A stretch of DNA of 53,504 nt. Origin: a virus. Its lineage: Duplodnaviria > Caudoviricetes. Shown piece after piece: positions 7,367 through 15,975 of the stretch. The position numbers and the translations under genes were made by a program. The stretch is taken from the IMG/VR virus record IMGVR_UViG_3300042460_002234, positions 1 through 53,504 of that record. The stretch is one strand, 5' to 3'. Within the stretch, counting starts at the first letter, position 1, and every line of letters begins with the position of its first letter. Below the pieces are notes generated by a model. The model worked only from the letters and a program-made list of their open reading frames with translations. It searched no databases and was not told the origin of the DNA.

Positions 7367-9505
7367 ATGGCTGACGTAGCAGAACAAGAGCTGGACGCCG
7401 AGGCCCGTGAGCTGGTGGCCGAGAAGGTCATCGCCGACGAGAACTGGCAGCGCTACGAGTACATCCGCGACCGCGGGCACATCAAATACTGCCAGGAGGT
7501 CCGCCGCCTGGAGGACTACGTGCTCGGCGGCGGCCGGCAGTGGAGCGACGACGACAAGCAGGTGCTCAAGGAACAGGGCCGCATGGCCCTCGAGTTCAAC
7601 GAGATCCTGCCCGCCATCAAGGCGGCGGCCGGCTACCAGATCGCCAACCGCATGGACATCGCCTTCCGCCCCCGCGGCGGCATGGCGACCCAGGACATTG
7701 CCAACGTGCTCTCCAAGGTGGCGATGCAGATCGCCGACAACGTGGAGTTGCACTGGAAGGAGACCGACACCTTCCTCGACGGCATGATCCAGCGGCGCGG
7801 GTTCTACGACATCCGCGTGGACTTCGACGACACGATGCGCGGCGAGATCCGCATCGACAACCTCGACCCCATGGACGTGCTGCCGGACCCGGACGCCAAG
7901 AGCTACGACCCGGACCATTGGGGCGACGTGATCGTCACGCGCTGGCTGACCCTGGACGAGATCGAGCAGCGCTACGGCCCCGAGGCCCGGGCCAAGGCCG
8001 AGAACGGGACCAGCAGCATCGGCGCCGGCCCGACCGGGGATGCCGACTTCGGCGACAGCGAGGAGCAGGGCGAGGGCCGCAACAAGTTCGGCGACGAGAC
8101 CAGCGGGCACTTCGGGGTGTGGGACGCGCAGCGGCGCGACAAGCATCTGACCCGCCTGCGCATCATCGACCGCCAGAAGTTCGTCTACCAGCTCGTGCAG
8201 GTGGTGGTGAGCCCCGACACCGGGGACGTGCGCGTGGTGGAGGGCATGGACCCCGAGCGGCTGACGCAGGTGCTCGCCCGCGGCGGCATCCTGACCCGGC
8301 GCATGGCCCGGCGCGTGAAGTGGACGGTGACGACCTTCGACGCCGTGCTCCACGACGACTGGAGCCCCTACCCCTTCTTCACGGTCGTGCCCTTCTTCCC
8401 GTTCTTCCGCCGCGGCCGCTCCATTGGCATGGTGGACAACGCCATGGGCCCGCAGGACGCGCTGAACAAGGCCGTCTCGCAGTACATCCACATCATCAAC
8501 TCGAACGCGAACGCCGGCTGGATCGTGGAGGAGGACTCCCTCACGAACATGACCACCGACGACCTCGAGGAAGTGGGCGCCAAGACGGGCGTGGTCGTCG
8601 AGTACAAGAAGGGCTCGCAGAAGCCCGAGAAGATCCAGCCCGCGCAGATCCCCACCGGCCTGGACCGCGTGATCGACCGGCTCACGGTCGTGCTCAAGGA
8701 GAACACCGTCCCCGATGCCGCCCGCGGCCTCGAGGGGCAGGAGAAGTCCGGCGTGGCGATCCAGTCGCGCCAGCACGCCGCCCAGCAGCAGCTCACCGTC
8801 GAGCTGGACAACCTGGGCCGCACGCGCAAGCTGCTGGCCCGCCGCATCGTCTGGTGCATCCAGAACTACTACGACGACGAGCGCATCTTCCGCATCACCA
8901 AGCAAGACCCGGCCTCCGGCGAGCCCATTGACGAGACCCTGACCGTCAACGTGGAAGACCCGGTGACGGGCGAGATCCTGAACGACCTCACCCTGGGCGA
9001 GTATGACGTGGTGATCTCCGAGCAGCCGGTACAGGTGACGTTCGAGAACGGCCAGTTCGAGCAGGCCCTCAACATGCGCAAGGAAGGCGTGGCGATCCCG
9101 GATGACGTGCTCATCCGCAACAGCGCGCTCGCCGAGAAGAACGAGCTGATCCGCCGCATGGCGCAGCAGCAGGACAAGCCGGACCCGCTGACCGAGGCCG
9201 AGATCGCGCTGAAGCAGGCGCAGACCGAGAAGACGCAGACCGAGAAGGTGGCCAAGTCGGTGGAGGCGCAGTTCAGCGCCATCCAGACCGCGCAGACCAT
9301 CGCCATGACGCCCGCAACGGCGCCGCTGGCCGATCAGCTCCTCAAGTCGGCCGGCTTCGTGGACGCCGACGCCGCGCCCATCGTGCCGAACGCTCCGCTC
9401 GGCATCGACACGCTGCCCATGCCGGAGAACACCAACCCGCTCACGCCCCTCAACCCGGCCAATCCGGCCGTCGGCATGAACCAGGGCATCGAAGGAGGCC
9501 AGTGA
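7367..9505 (+). CDS. Portal protein, P22 gp1-like
   Basis: 712 aa after terL; GRQW..., FNEILP, QDALNK, SGVAIQSRQ, YDVVI motifs and C-terminal coiled coil. Confidence 0.92.
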   Translation: MADVAEQELDAEARELVAEKVIADENWQRYEYIRDRGHIKYCQEVRRLEDYVLGGGRQWSDDDKQVLKEQGRMALEFNEILPAIKAAAGYQIANRMDIAFRPRGGMATQDIANVLSKVAMQIADNVELHWKETDTFLDGMIQRRGFYDIRVDFDDTMRGEIRIDNLDPMDVLPDPDAKSYDPDHWGDVIVTRWLTLDEIEQRYGPEARAKAENGTSSIGAGPTGDADFGDSEEQGEGRNKFGDETSGHFGVWDAQRRDKHLTRLRIIDRQKFVYQLVQVVVSPDTGDVRVVEGMDPERLTQVLARGGILTRRMARRVKWTVTTFDAVLHDDWSPYPFFTVVPFFPFFRRGRSIGMVDNAMGPQDALNKAVSQYIHIINSNANAGWIVEEDSLTNMTTDDLEEVGAKTGVVVEYKKGSQKPEKIQPAQIPTGLDRVIDRLTVVLKENTVPDAARGLEGQEKSGVAIQSRQHAAQQQLTVELDNLGRTRKLLARRIVWCIQNYYDDERIFRITKQDPASGEPIDETLTVNVEDPVTGEILNDLTLGEYDVVISEQPVQVTFENGQFEQALNMRKEGVAIPDDVLIRNSALAEKNELIRRMAQQQDKPDPLTEAEIALKQAQTEKTQTEKVAKSVEAQFSAIQTAQTIAMTPATAPLADQLLKSAGFVDADAAPIVPNAPLGIDTLPMPENTNPLTPLNPANPAVGMNQGIEGGQ

Positions 9506-9506
9506 C

Positions 9507-9707
9507 ATGGCGAAGAAATCGAGCAAACCCGTCCTCGCCTATTCCGAAAAGGACTGGCAGGTCGAGGAAGACATGCGGACCCTGATCCGCGCCAACGAGA
9601 TCCAGCGCGATCCGAAGCGGCTGGCTGCCGCCAAGGCATGTGCTCGCTCGAAGTTGTCCGAAAAGCAGGCCGAGCTGGCGAAGATGAAGGCGCTGGCTCG
9701 TAAGTAG
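9507..9707 (+). CDS. Small conserved head-region protein
   Basis: AAGGAGG RBS; WQVEEDMRTLIRANEIQRDPKR; between portal and scaffold. Confidence 0.8.
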   Translation: MAKKSSKPVLAYSEKDWQVEEDMRTLIRANEIQRDPKRLAAAKACARSKLSEKQAELAKMKALARK

Positions 9708-9729
9708 TACCACCAACCGGGAGCAGTAC

Positions 9730-10731
9730 ATGGGTAAGAAGACGCGGGAAGAGCTGGAAGAAGAGCTGGACATCGAGGAAGAGGGCGACGAGGACGAAGA
9801 CGGTGCCGAAGACGGTGACGACGAGGGCGGCGAGGACGACGAGGAGGATCGCGGCGACGAGCTGCACCCCGAGGAGACCGAGAAGAACCTCAAGAAAGTC
9901 GCCGGTGACGACGACGAGGACGAGGAAACCGACGAGGATGAGCCCGAGGACGGCGGCAAGAAGTCCAGGGTCGTCCCGCACGCCCGCTTCCACGAGGTCA
10001 ACGAATCGCTGAAGGCCGAGCGCGAGGCCCGCCTGCGCCTGGAAGAAGAGCTGGCCCGCGCCCGTGGCGCCTCCGGCGCCGGCAAGAAGGCCGACGCGGA
10101 CGACGGCAAGGCCAAGTTCGACATCGACGCGAAGGAAGCCGAGTACGCCGACGCGCTGATGGAGGGCGACAAGGACAAGGCCCTGGCCATCCGCAAGGAG
10201 ATCAACTCCGAGCTGCGCCGGCAGGCCAAGGAAGAGGCCGCGGAACAGGCCGTGCAGGAGGTTTCGACCCAGGCCGCGCGCAACGCCTTCCAGGCTGCGG
10301 TCTCCGAGACCATCGCCGAGTTCCCGTTCCTCGACTCGAAGAGCAAGAAGGCCAACGCCGACGCCATCGCCGAGGTCGTGGAGTGGCGCGACTTCTACAT
10401 CACGAAGGGCAACAGCCCCGCCGACGCGCTCCGCAAGGCGGCCGCGAAGGTCGGGCCGCAGTACGCCCCGAAGAAGAAGGCCGCGGACCCCGATGAGGGC
10501 GATGACGAAGGCGACGACGAGGATCTGAACGCCAAGAAGCTCGCCGAGCTGCGCCGGAAGAACGCCCTGCGCCGCAACGCGGACTCCGCGAACCGCCAGC
10601 CGGCAGCGCCGACGGGCGGAACGGGCGAGCGCTCCTCCTCCGCGAAGCTCAACCCCGAGGACATGAGCGAGTCGGAGTGGGAAAAGCTGCCCGAGAAGGT
10701 CAAGAAGCAGCTCCGCGGCGACAACCTGTAG
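9730..10731 (+). CDS. Capsid scaffolding protein
   Basis: Very acidic N-terminus, VPHARFHEVNE motif, coiled coil, C-terminal MSESEWEKLP..LRGD; upstream of capsid gene. Confidence 0.85.
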   Translation: MGKKTREELEEELDIEEEGDEDEDGAEDGDDEGGEDDEEDRGDELHPEETEKNLKKVAGDDDEDEETDEDEPEDGGKKSRVVPHARFHEVNESLKAEREARLRLEEELARARGASGAGKKADADDGKAKFDIDAKEAEYADALMEGDKDKALAIRKEINSELRRQAKEEAAEQAVQEVSTQAARNAFQAAVSETIAEFPFLDSKSKKANADAIAEVVEWRDFYITKGNSPADALRKAAAKVGPQYAPKKKAADPDEGDDEGDDEDLNAKKLAELRRKNALRRNADSANRQPAAPTGGTGERSSSAKLNPEDMSESEWEKLPEKVKKQLRGDNL

Positions 10732-10756
10732 TCGCCGCTGTGGTTTGACAGAAGAA

Positions 10757-11035
10757 ATGCGCTGCATGATCGGCGCATAGGGCGAAAGCCCGGAAAGTTG
10801 GTGCGGCGGTCGGGCTCTTCCCCGGCCGCCCACTCCCACGGCCTCCCAATCCGGCCGCTGCACCAACCCCCTGCCGGGGGTGCCGCAAGGCAGAACAGGC
10901 TGGCTCGCCGACTACGGTGTATCCGCCGCGCCCAGGGCGTTAAGCAGGGCCCGAATCCCCCGGTCAGCGGGGCGGCCCCTTGGCGCCATCAAGCCATGTC
11001 TCCGCGAAAGGGCGGCGTACAGCCCGGAAAGAACC
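10757..11035 (+). ncRNA. Candidate structured RNA / capsid leader
   Basis: Consecutive stems incl. GGGC-GAAA-GCCC, 17-bp stem 10797-10813/10851-10867, TGCC-GCAA-GGCA; G-U pairs and GNRA loops favour + strand. Confidence 0.6.
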
Positions 11036-11057
11036 AATTTCATACCGGAGATTTGCA

Positions 11058-12158
11058 ATGGCACAGACCAATTTTGCTGCGCTGACCGACAAGCAGAAGC
11101 TCGTCTGGTCGCGCGACGTGTGGCAGGCCGCCCGCGACCAGATGTTCATCAAGCGTTTCCTGGGTACGGGCGAGAACGCCATGATCCAGCGCATCACCGA
11201 GCTGACCAAGACCGAGAAGGGCGAGCAGGTCATCATGCACCTCGTCGCCGATCTGGTGGAGGACGGCATCATCGGCGACAACGAGCGCGAAGGGCGCGAA
11301 GAGGCGATGCAGTCGTACAACCAGACGATCAACATCGACCTCATCAGCCACTCCGTCCGCAACAAGGGCAAGATGGCCGAGCAGAAGACGGTCATCAAGT
11401 TCCGCGAGACCGGCAAGGATCGACTGGCCTACTGGCTGGCGAACCGCATCGACCAGCTCGCGTTCCTGACCCTCTCGGGCATCAGCTACGGCTACTACAA
11501 CGACGGCCGTGTCCGCACCAACTCGCCGTTCCCGAACCTCGCGTTCGCGGCCGACGTGGCGGCGCCGACCTCCAAGCGCGGCCTGATGTGGCAGAACGGC
11601 GCCCTGGCTCCGTCCAGCACCGGCTCCATCGCGGCCACCGACACGCTGACCTACAAGGCCATCGTGGACGTGAACGCCTACGCCAAGGAGCACTACATCC
11701 GCCCGCTGATGTCCGGCGGCAAGGAGTACAGCGTGTGCCTGCTGCGCCCCGGCTCGCTGGCCCAGCTCAAGAAGGACGCTGACTTCCAGCGCGCCGTCGT
11801 GGGTGTGGCCACCAAGCAGGGCACCGACAGCCCGTGGTTCACCGGCGGCGTCGTGACCATCGACGGCCTCGTGTTCCACGAGCACCGGTTGGTGTACACC
11901 AACCGCGGCGCGGGCGCCGGCAATATGTGGGGCTCCGGCGGCAACGTCGCTGGCACCCGCACGCTGATCTGCGGCGCGCAGTCGCTCGGCATGGCCGACC
12001 TGGGCGCTCCCGAGTGGAACGAGAAGGAGTTCCAGTACGGCAGCCAGCAGGGCATCAACGTGGACAAGATGTTCGGCCTGCTGAAGCCGCGCTTCTACTC
12101 CATCTACGACCGCTCGGTCGAAGACTTCGGCGTCATCACCCTGGATCACGCCGCCTAA
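11058..12158 (+). CDS. Major capsid protein, N4-gp56/DUF4043-like
   Basis: Start ATG 11058 after GGAG; MAQTNFAAL...ITELTKTEKG...GDNEREGREEAM...DFGVI; strong codon bias. Confidence 0.93.
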   Translation: MAQTNFAALTDKQKLVWSRDVWQAARDQMFIKRFLGTGENAMIQRITELTKTEKGEQVIMHLVADLVEDGIIGDNEREGREEAMQSYNQTINIDLISHSVRNKGKMAEQKTVIKFRETGKDRLAYWLANRIDQLAFLTLSGISYGYYNDGRVRTNSPFPNLAFAADVAAPTSKRGLMWQNGALAPSSTGSIAATDTLTYKAIVDVNAYAKEHYIRPLMSGGKEYSVCLLRPGSLAQLKKDADFQRAVVGVATKQGTDSPWFTGGVVTIDGLVFHEHRLVYTNRGAGAGNMWGSGGNVAGTRTLICGAQSLGMADLGAPEWNEKEFQYGSQQGINVDKMFGLLKPRFYSIYDRSVEDFGVITLDHAA

Positions 12159-12168
12159 GCAGTCCTCC

Positions 12169-12210
12169 GGGGCGCCGGTTCTGATCGGGCCGGCGCCCTT
12201 CCCTCTCCCC
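12169..12210 (+). terminator. Hairpin after capsid gene (weak terminator or mRNA stabiliser)
   Basis: GGGGCGCCGGTTC-TGATC-GGGCCGGCGCCCT followed by a pyrimidine tract without a clean U-run. Confidence 0.5.
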
Positions 12211-12233
12211 CTGATGATGAAAGGAGAAGCAAC

Positions 12234-12671
12234 ATGACGATCGCCTACAAGTCCGGCCGCCAGGAAGTCATCTCGGCCGAAATCGAAATCGGCTACGCCG
12301 ACCTGCTCGGTCTGTCCGGCACGCAGCAGGACGCCATCCAAGTCCCGGCCGGTGCTCGCCTCGTGAGCGGCGATGTGACCGTGCTGGAAGCCTTCAACTC
12401 GGCCACCTCCGACGTGCTGCGCATCGGCGACGCCGGCAGCGCCACCCGCTACGCCGGCTCGGACATCAACCTCGCCGCCACCGGCCGCACCGCTCTGACC
12501 CTCACGGGCTACGAGCACACGGTCGAGGAGTTCATCAAGGCCCGCTGGACGGGCACCGGCACCGCGCCGACCGCTGGCAAGTTCCGCCTGAGCTTCCAGT
12601 ACGTCGTCAAGGGCCGCGTGGCCTTCAGCCAGGGCCTCGACTACCGCGGCGCTGGCATCCGCGGCGCCTAA
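12234..12671 (+). CDS. Capsid decoration/cement-like protein
   Basis: AAAGGAG RBS; VPAGARLV...AFNSATSDVLRIGD...TGTAPTAGKFRL; directly after capsid gene. Confidence 0.75.
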   Translation: MTIAYKSGRQEVISAEIEIGYADLLGLSGTQQDAIQVPAGARLVSGDVTVLEAFNSATSDVLRIGDAGSATRYAGSDINLAATGRTALTLTGYEHTVEEFIKARWTGTGTAPTAGKFRLSFQYVVKGRVAFSQGLDYRGAGIRGA

Positions 12672-12673
12672 CC

Positions 12674-12701
12674 GGAGGGGGCGAAAGCCCCCTCTCTCTT
12701 T
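12674..12701 (+). terminator. Intrinsic terminator-like hairpin
   Basis: GGAGGGGGC-GAAA-GCCCCCTCT then CTCTTT. Confidence 0.65.
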
Positions 12702-12721
12702 CCACCTACCGGGAGTAGGAC

Positions 12722-13102
12722 ATGAAGTTCAAGTCTCCGGGCCACGAGCCCCTGATGATCGGCCTCACCAGCGGCCACACGATGGTCGTCGAGCCCGACG
12801 GCACCGACGTACCGCCCAAGTTCCGCAAGAAGGCAATCGCCGAGGGTTGCATCCCCGTCGGCATGGGCACCGAGGAAGTGGAGCTGCTGCCCGACGAAAC
12901 CAAGCGCGCCGAGCTGATCCGCGCCGGCATCGACAAGATGCTCAACGGCACCGACGAGGGTGCTTTCGGCAAGGACGGCAAGCCCAACCTCAAGAAGCTC
13001 TGCGAGGCCATCGGCTTCGAGATCTCCAAGAGCGAGCGCGACGAAGCCTGGGCCGCTTTCGAGGACAGCCTGAGCAACGAGTCCGAGGCTCCGCAGGAGT
13101 AA
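12722..13102 (+). CDS. Hypothetical head-region protein
   Basis: GGGAGTAGGA RBS; FGKDGKPNLKKL..ISKSERDEAW motif. Confidence 0.8.
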   Translation: MKFKSPGHEPLMIGLTSGHTMVVEPDGTDVPPKFRKKAIAEGCIPVGMGTEEVELLPDETKRAELIRAGIDKMLNGTDEGAFGKDGKPNLKKLCEAIGFEISKSERDEAWAAFEDSLSNESEAPQE

Positions 13103-13105
13103 GGC

Positions 13106-13750
13106 TTGAAGCTCTCCGACCTCATCGCAGAGACGCGGCGCCGCCTGGACGATCAGGCGGCGCCGTACCTGTGGTCGGACGAAGAGCTGACCGCGTACCT
13201 CAACGCGGCCGAGAGGGAAGCATGCGAGCGCGCCAAGCTGATCGAGGACGACAGCTCGGCGATGACGCTGCTCAACCTCGTTGCCGGCACCGCGAAGTAC
13301 AACCTCAACCCGCTCATCCTGGGCGTCAACCGCGTGTTCATGCGCGGCCGGGCGCTGGATCGCACCACCCGCGAGAAGCTGGACGACACCAGCGGCCGCT
13401 GGGAGGACGACACCGGCGAGCCCCGGGCATTCATGGACGAAGTTCGCTATCTGCGCCTGTACCCGCAGCCGACGGAAGACGACACCGCGCGGCTCACGGT
13501 ATGGAGACTCCCCCTCCTCCCGATGGAGGATGAGGATGACGAGCCGGAGATCGGCGAGCGCTACCACCTGCGCATGCTGGATTGGGCAATCCGACTGGCA
13601 TACCTGAAGCGCGATGCGGATGCGTTCGATCAGGCCAAGGCCGACAAGCACGAGGCCATGTTCATCAACAGCTTCGGCATCCGCCCGGACAGCAATGTCC
13701 AGCGGAAGCAGCGGCTCAAGAAGGTGCCGGTGTGCCGGCCCCACTGGTAA
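13106..13750 (+). CDS. Head-tail adaptor protein
   Basis: TTG start after AGGAG; LIAETRRRLDD..YLWSDEELTAYLNAAEREAC is a typical adaptor N-terminus. Confidence 0.8.
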   Translation: MKLSDLIAETRRRLDDQAAPYLWSDEELTAYLNAAEREACERAKLIEDDSSAMTLLNLVAGTAKYNLNPLILGVNRVFMRGRALDRTTREKLDDTSGRWEDDTGEPRAFMDEVRYLRLYPQPTEDDTARLTVWRLPLLPMEDEDDEPEIGERYHLRMLDWAIRLAYLKRDADAFDQAKADKHEAMFINSFGIRPDSNVQRKQRLKKVPVCRPHW

Positions 13751-13762
13751 CGGAGACGGAAG

Positions 13763-14170
13763 ATGGCAAATACGCTTTACGACAAGGGCCGGCAGCGCTT
13801 CCTCGAGGCGCAAATCAACTGGCTGACCGACACGATCAAGTGCGTTCTGGTGGACACCGGCGCCTACACGCCGAACTTCACCACGCACGAGTTCTTCTCG
13901 GACATCTCGGTCTCGGCGCGCATCACCTCGAGCGTCACGCTGACCTCGAAGGACACCACCGGCGGTGCTGCTGACGCCGCGGACGTGACCTTCACCAGCG
14001 TTTCCGGTGCGAGCATCGAGGCCATCGTGCTCTACAAGGACACCGGCACCGAGAGCACGTCCCCGCTGATCGCCTACATCGACACGGCCACCGGCCTGCC
14101 GATCACCCCGAACGGCGGTGACATCATCGTGACCTGGGACAACGGGCCCAACAAAATCTTTAAGCTCTGA
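13763..14170 (+). CDS. Small beta-rich virion protein, probable fibre subunit
   Basis: [13 protein letters not shown]...DAADVTFT...IVLYKDTG...SPLIAYID...[10 protein letters not shown]; capsid-like strong codon bias. Confidence 0.75.
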   Translation: MANTLYDKGRQRFLEAQINWLTDTIKCVLVDTGAYTPNFTTHEFFSDISVSARITSSVTLTSKDTTGGAADAADVTFTSVSGASIEAIVLYKDTGTESTSPLIAYIDTATGLPITPNGGDIIVTWDNGPNKIFKL

Positions 14171-14634
14171 TGGCCCTCGCCCTCCAGAAGACCTGCCCCT
14201 CGTGCTCCCAGGCGTTCACGACGCGTTGGGACCGGCAGGTTTGCTGCTCGCGTACCTGTGCGCGCAAGCGCGACGCGCAGGTTGGTGGGCCGCGCAACTG
14301 GAAAGGCGGCCGGAATCGCCACGTGTCGGGCTATATCAAGGTCAAGGCCGGCGGCCACCCGGCGGCTGACCGCGACGGCTACGTCATGGAGCATCGCCTC
14401 GTCATGGAGCAGGCGCTCGGGCGCCGCCTGCTGCCTAGCGAGCGCGTCCACCACAAGAACGGCAACCGCGCCGACAACCGCCCCGAGAATCTGGAGCTGT
14501 GGGCCATCCTCGGCCGCAAAGACCCTGCCGGGCAGCGCCTGGAGGACTTGCTGAATGAGGTTCTGAGCCAGCCCGAGATCACGGATCGCGGCGCCGTCGA
14601 AGCCGCGTTCCGCCGCGTGTTCAAGCTGGAGTAA
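14170..14634 (+). CDS. Free-standing HNH homing endonuclease with N-terminal Zn finger
   Basis: CPSC..CCSRTC; MEHRLVME...[18 protein letters not shown]. Confidence 0.92.
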   Translation: MALALQKTCPSCSQAFTTRWDRQVCCSRTCARKRDAQVGGPRNWKGGRNRHVSGYIKVKAGGHPAADRDGYVMEHRLVMEQALGRRLLPSERVHHKNGNRADNRPENLELWAILGRKDPAGQRLEDLLNEVLSQPEITDRGAVEAAFRRVFKLE

Positions 14635-14636
14635 CC

Positions 14637-15557
14637 ATGGCCATCACCCTCCTCCGCGAAAGCTCGCCTAGCGCGCCGACCCTCAACGGTACGGCGGGCA
14701 CGCTCATCGCCGTGCTCGACTTCTGCCTCGTCACCACGATGGGCTGGGTGAAGGAGTACAGCGGCACCAACCTCGCGGTATACCGTGCCTCCAGCGGTAT
14801 CGGCGGCAACCGCTTCTACCTGCGCGTGGACGACACGGGCGGCCAGAACGCTCGCATCCGCTGCTACGAGTCGATGTCAGCGGTGAGCACCGGCACCGCG
14901 CCGGTTCCGACCGATGCGCAGGTCAACGGCGGCCTGTACGCCTACAAGAGCGGCACGGCAGACACCACGGCCCGCGCCTGGACGTTCGTCTCGAACGGGA
15001 AGATGTTCTACCTGTTCTGGAACTACAGCCAATCCGTCGGCACGTGGACTAGCGGCGGGCGCTTCATCGCCTTCGGTGATTTCAAGAGCTACAAGTCCGG
15101 CGACGCCTACAACACGTTCATCATGGCCGATGCCGCCGCGAGCGCGACGAGCAACTTGACCTGCTCCGGTGTAATCGGCACGATCACCACGAGCATTACC
15201 GGCCACTATCTGGTCCGCTCCTACACGCAAATCGGCGCCTCTATCGCCGCCAACAAATACAGCGATAGTGTGCGCGGAGTGGCGACCACCAGCGACGCCA
15301 TTGGCTCTGGCGGCATCACGTACCCGTCTCCGATCGAAGGCGGCCTCATCATGGCGCCCATTTGGGTCGGCGAGCAGAGCGCGGCGGGCGCCCGAGGCCA
15401 GCTCCCGGGGATCTGGAACCCCTGTCATGCTCGCCCCTTGGGGCATGGCGATACCTTCTCGGGCGTGGCCGGCCTGTCCGGCCGATCGTTTGAAGCAATT
15501 CACGTCACTGGCAGCTCGCAGGTGCTCATCGAAACCAGCGATACCTGGGACACCTAA
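14637..15557 (+). CDS. Tail fibre / receptor-binding protein candidate
   Basis: APTLNGTAGTLIAVLDFCLV..GW...FYLRVDD N-terminus; G/S/T-rich; tail module position. Confidence 0.7.
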   Translation: MAITLLRESSPSAPTLNGTAGTLIAVLDFCLVTTMGWVKEYSGTNLAVYRASSGIGGNRFYLRVDDTGGQNARIRCYESMSAVSTGTAPVPTDAQVNGGLYAYKSGTADTTARAWTFVSNGKMFYLFWNYSQSVGTWTSGGRFIAFGDFKSYKSGDAYNTFIMADAAASATSNLTCSGVIGTITTSITGHYLVRSYTQIGASIAANKYSDSVRGVATTSDAIGSGGITYPSPIEGGLIMAPIWVGEQSAAGARGQLPGIWNPCHARPLGHGDTFSGVAGLSGRSFEAIHVTGSSQVLIETSDTWDT

Positions 15558-15560
15558 CGC

Positions 15561-15974
15561 ATGGCGGACCTGGGCGCGATCGGGAAGCGGCAGCACATCA
15601 CCTACACGCGCGTTCTCGACGTGTGGGCCGCTACGAACGCGACCACGCGCGGCCGCGACCAGCGGCCGTACAATTTCAGCCGCATCCTCCCGACCTGGGG
15701 CTACACCTCGCAGCAGGCAATTTTCGTGGGTGTCACCGGCACCCTGTCCGGCACCGTGGCTGAGAATGGCGTTGGCGTCGTCGGCGCCATGGTGTGCTGC
15801 TACTACCGCAAGACCGGCTACTTCATCGCGCGCACGTTCACCACGGCTGGCGGTGCCTTCTCCTTCTCCGGCCTCGACACGAGCGATGCCGGGGCTTACT
15901 ACGTCGTCGCGCTCGACCCGGACACCGGCGTCCAGTACAACGCCCTGATCTTCGATCGCCTGACGGCGGTGTAA
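15561..15974 (+). CDS. Small transthyretin/carboxypeptidase-regulatory-like beta-sandwich tail adaptor
   Basis: GTLSGTV..G....V..Y.R.TG....T.T..GGAFSFSGL....YYVVALD....YNALIFDRL. Confidence 0.7.
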   Translation: MADLGAIGKRQHITYTRVLDVWAATNATTRGRDQRPYNFSRILPTWGYTSQQAIFVGVTGTLSGTVAENGVGVVGAMVCCYYRKTGYFIARTFTTAGGAFSFSGLDTSDAGAYYVVALDPDTGVQYNALIFDRLTAV

Positions 15975-15975
15975 C

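Noticed and set aside
10745-10775. TTGACA as a complete sigma70 promoter for the capsid leader
   Set aside because: No acceptable -10 at 16-18 nt spacing (CATGAT is only 14 nt away); noted but not called
12205-12230. CTGATGA...GAAA as a hammerhead ribozyme core
   Set aside because: No stem II between the motifs; the sequence is the RBS region of the next gene
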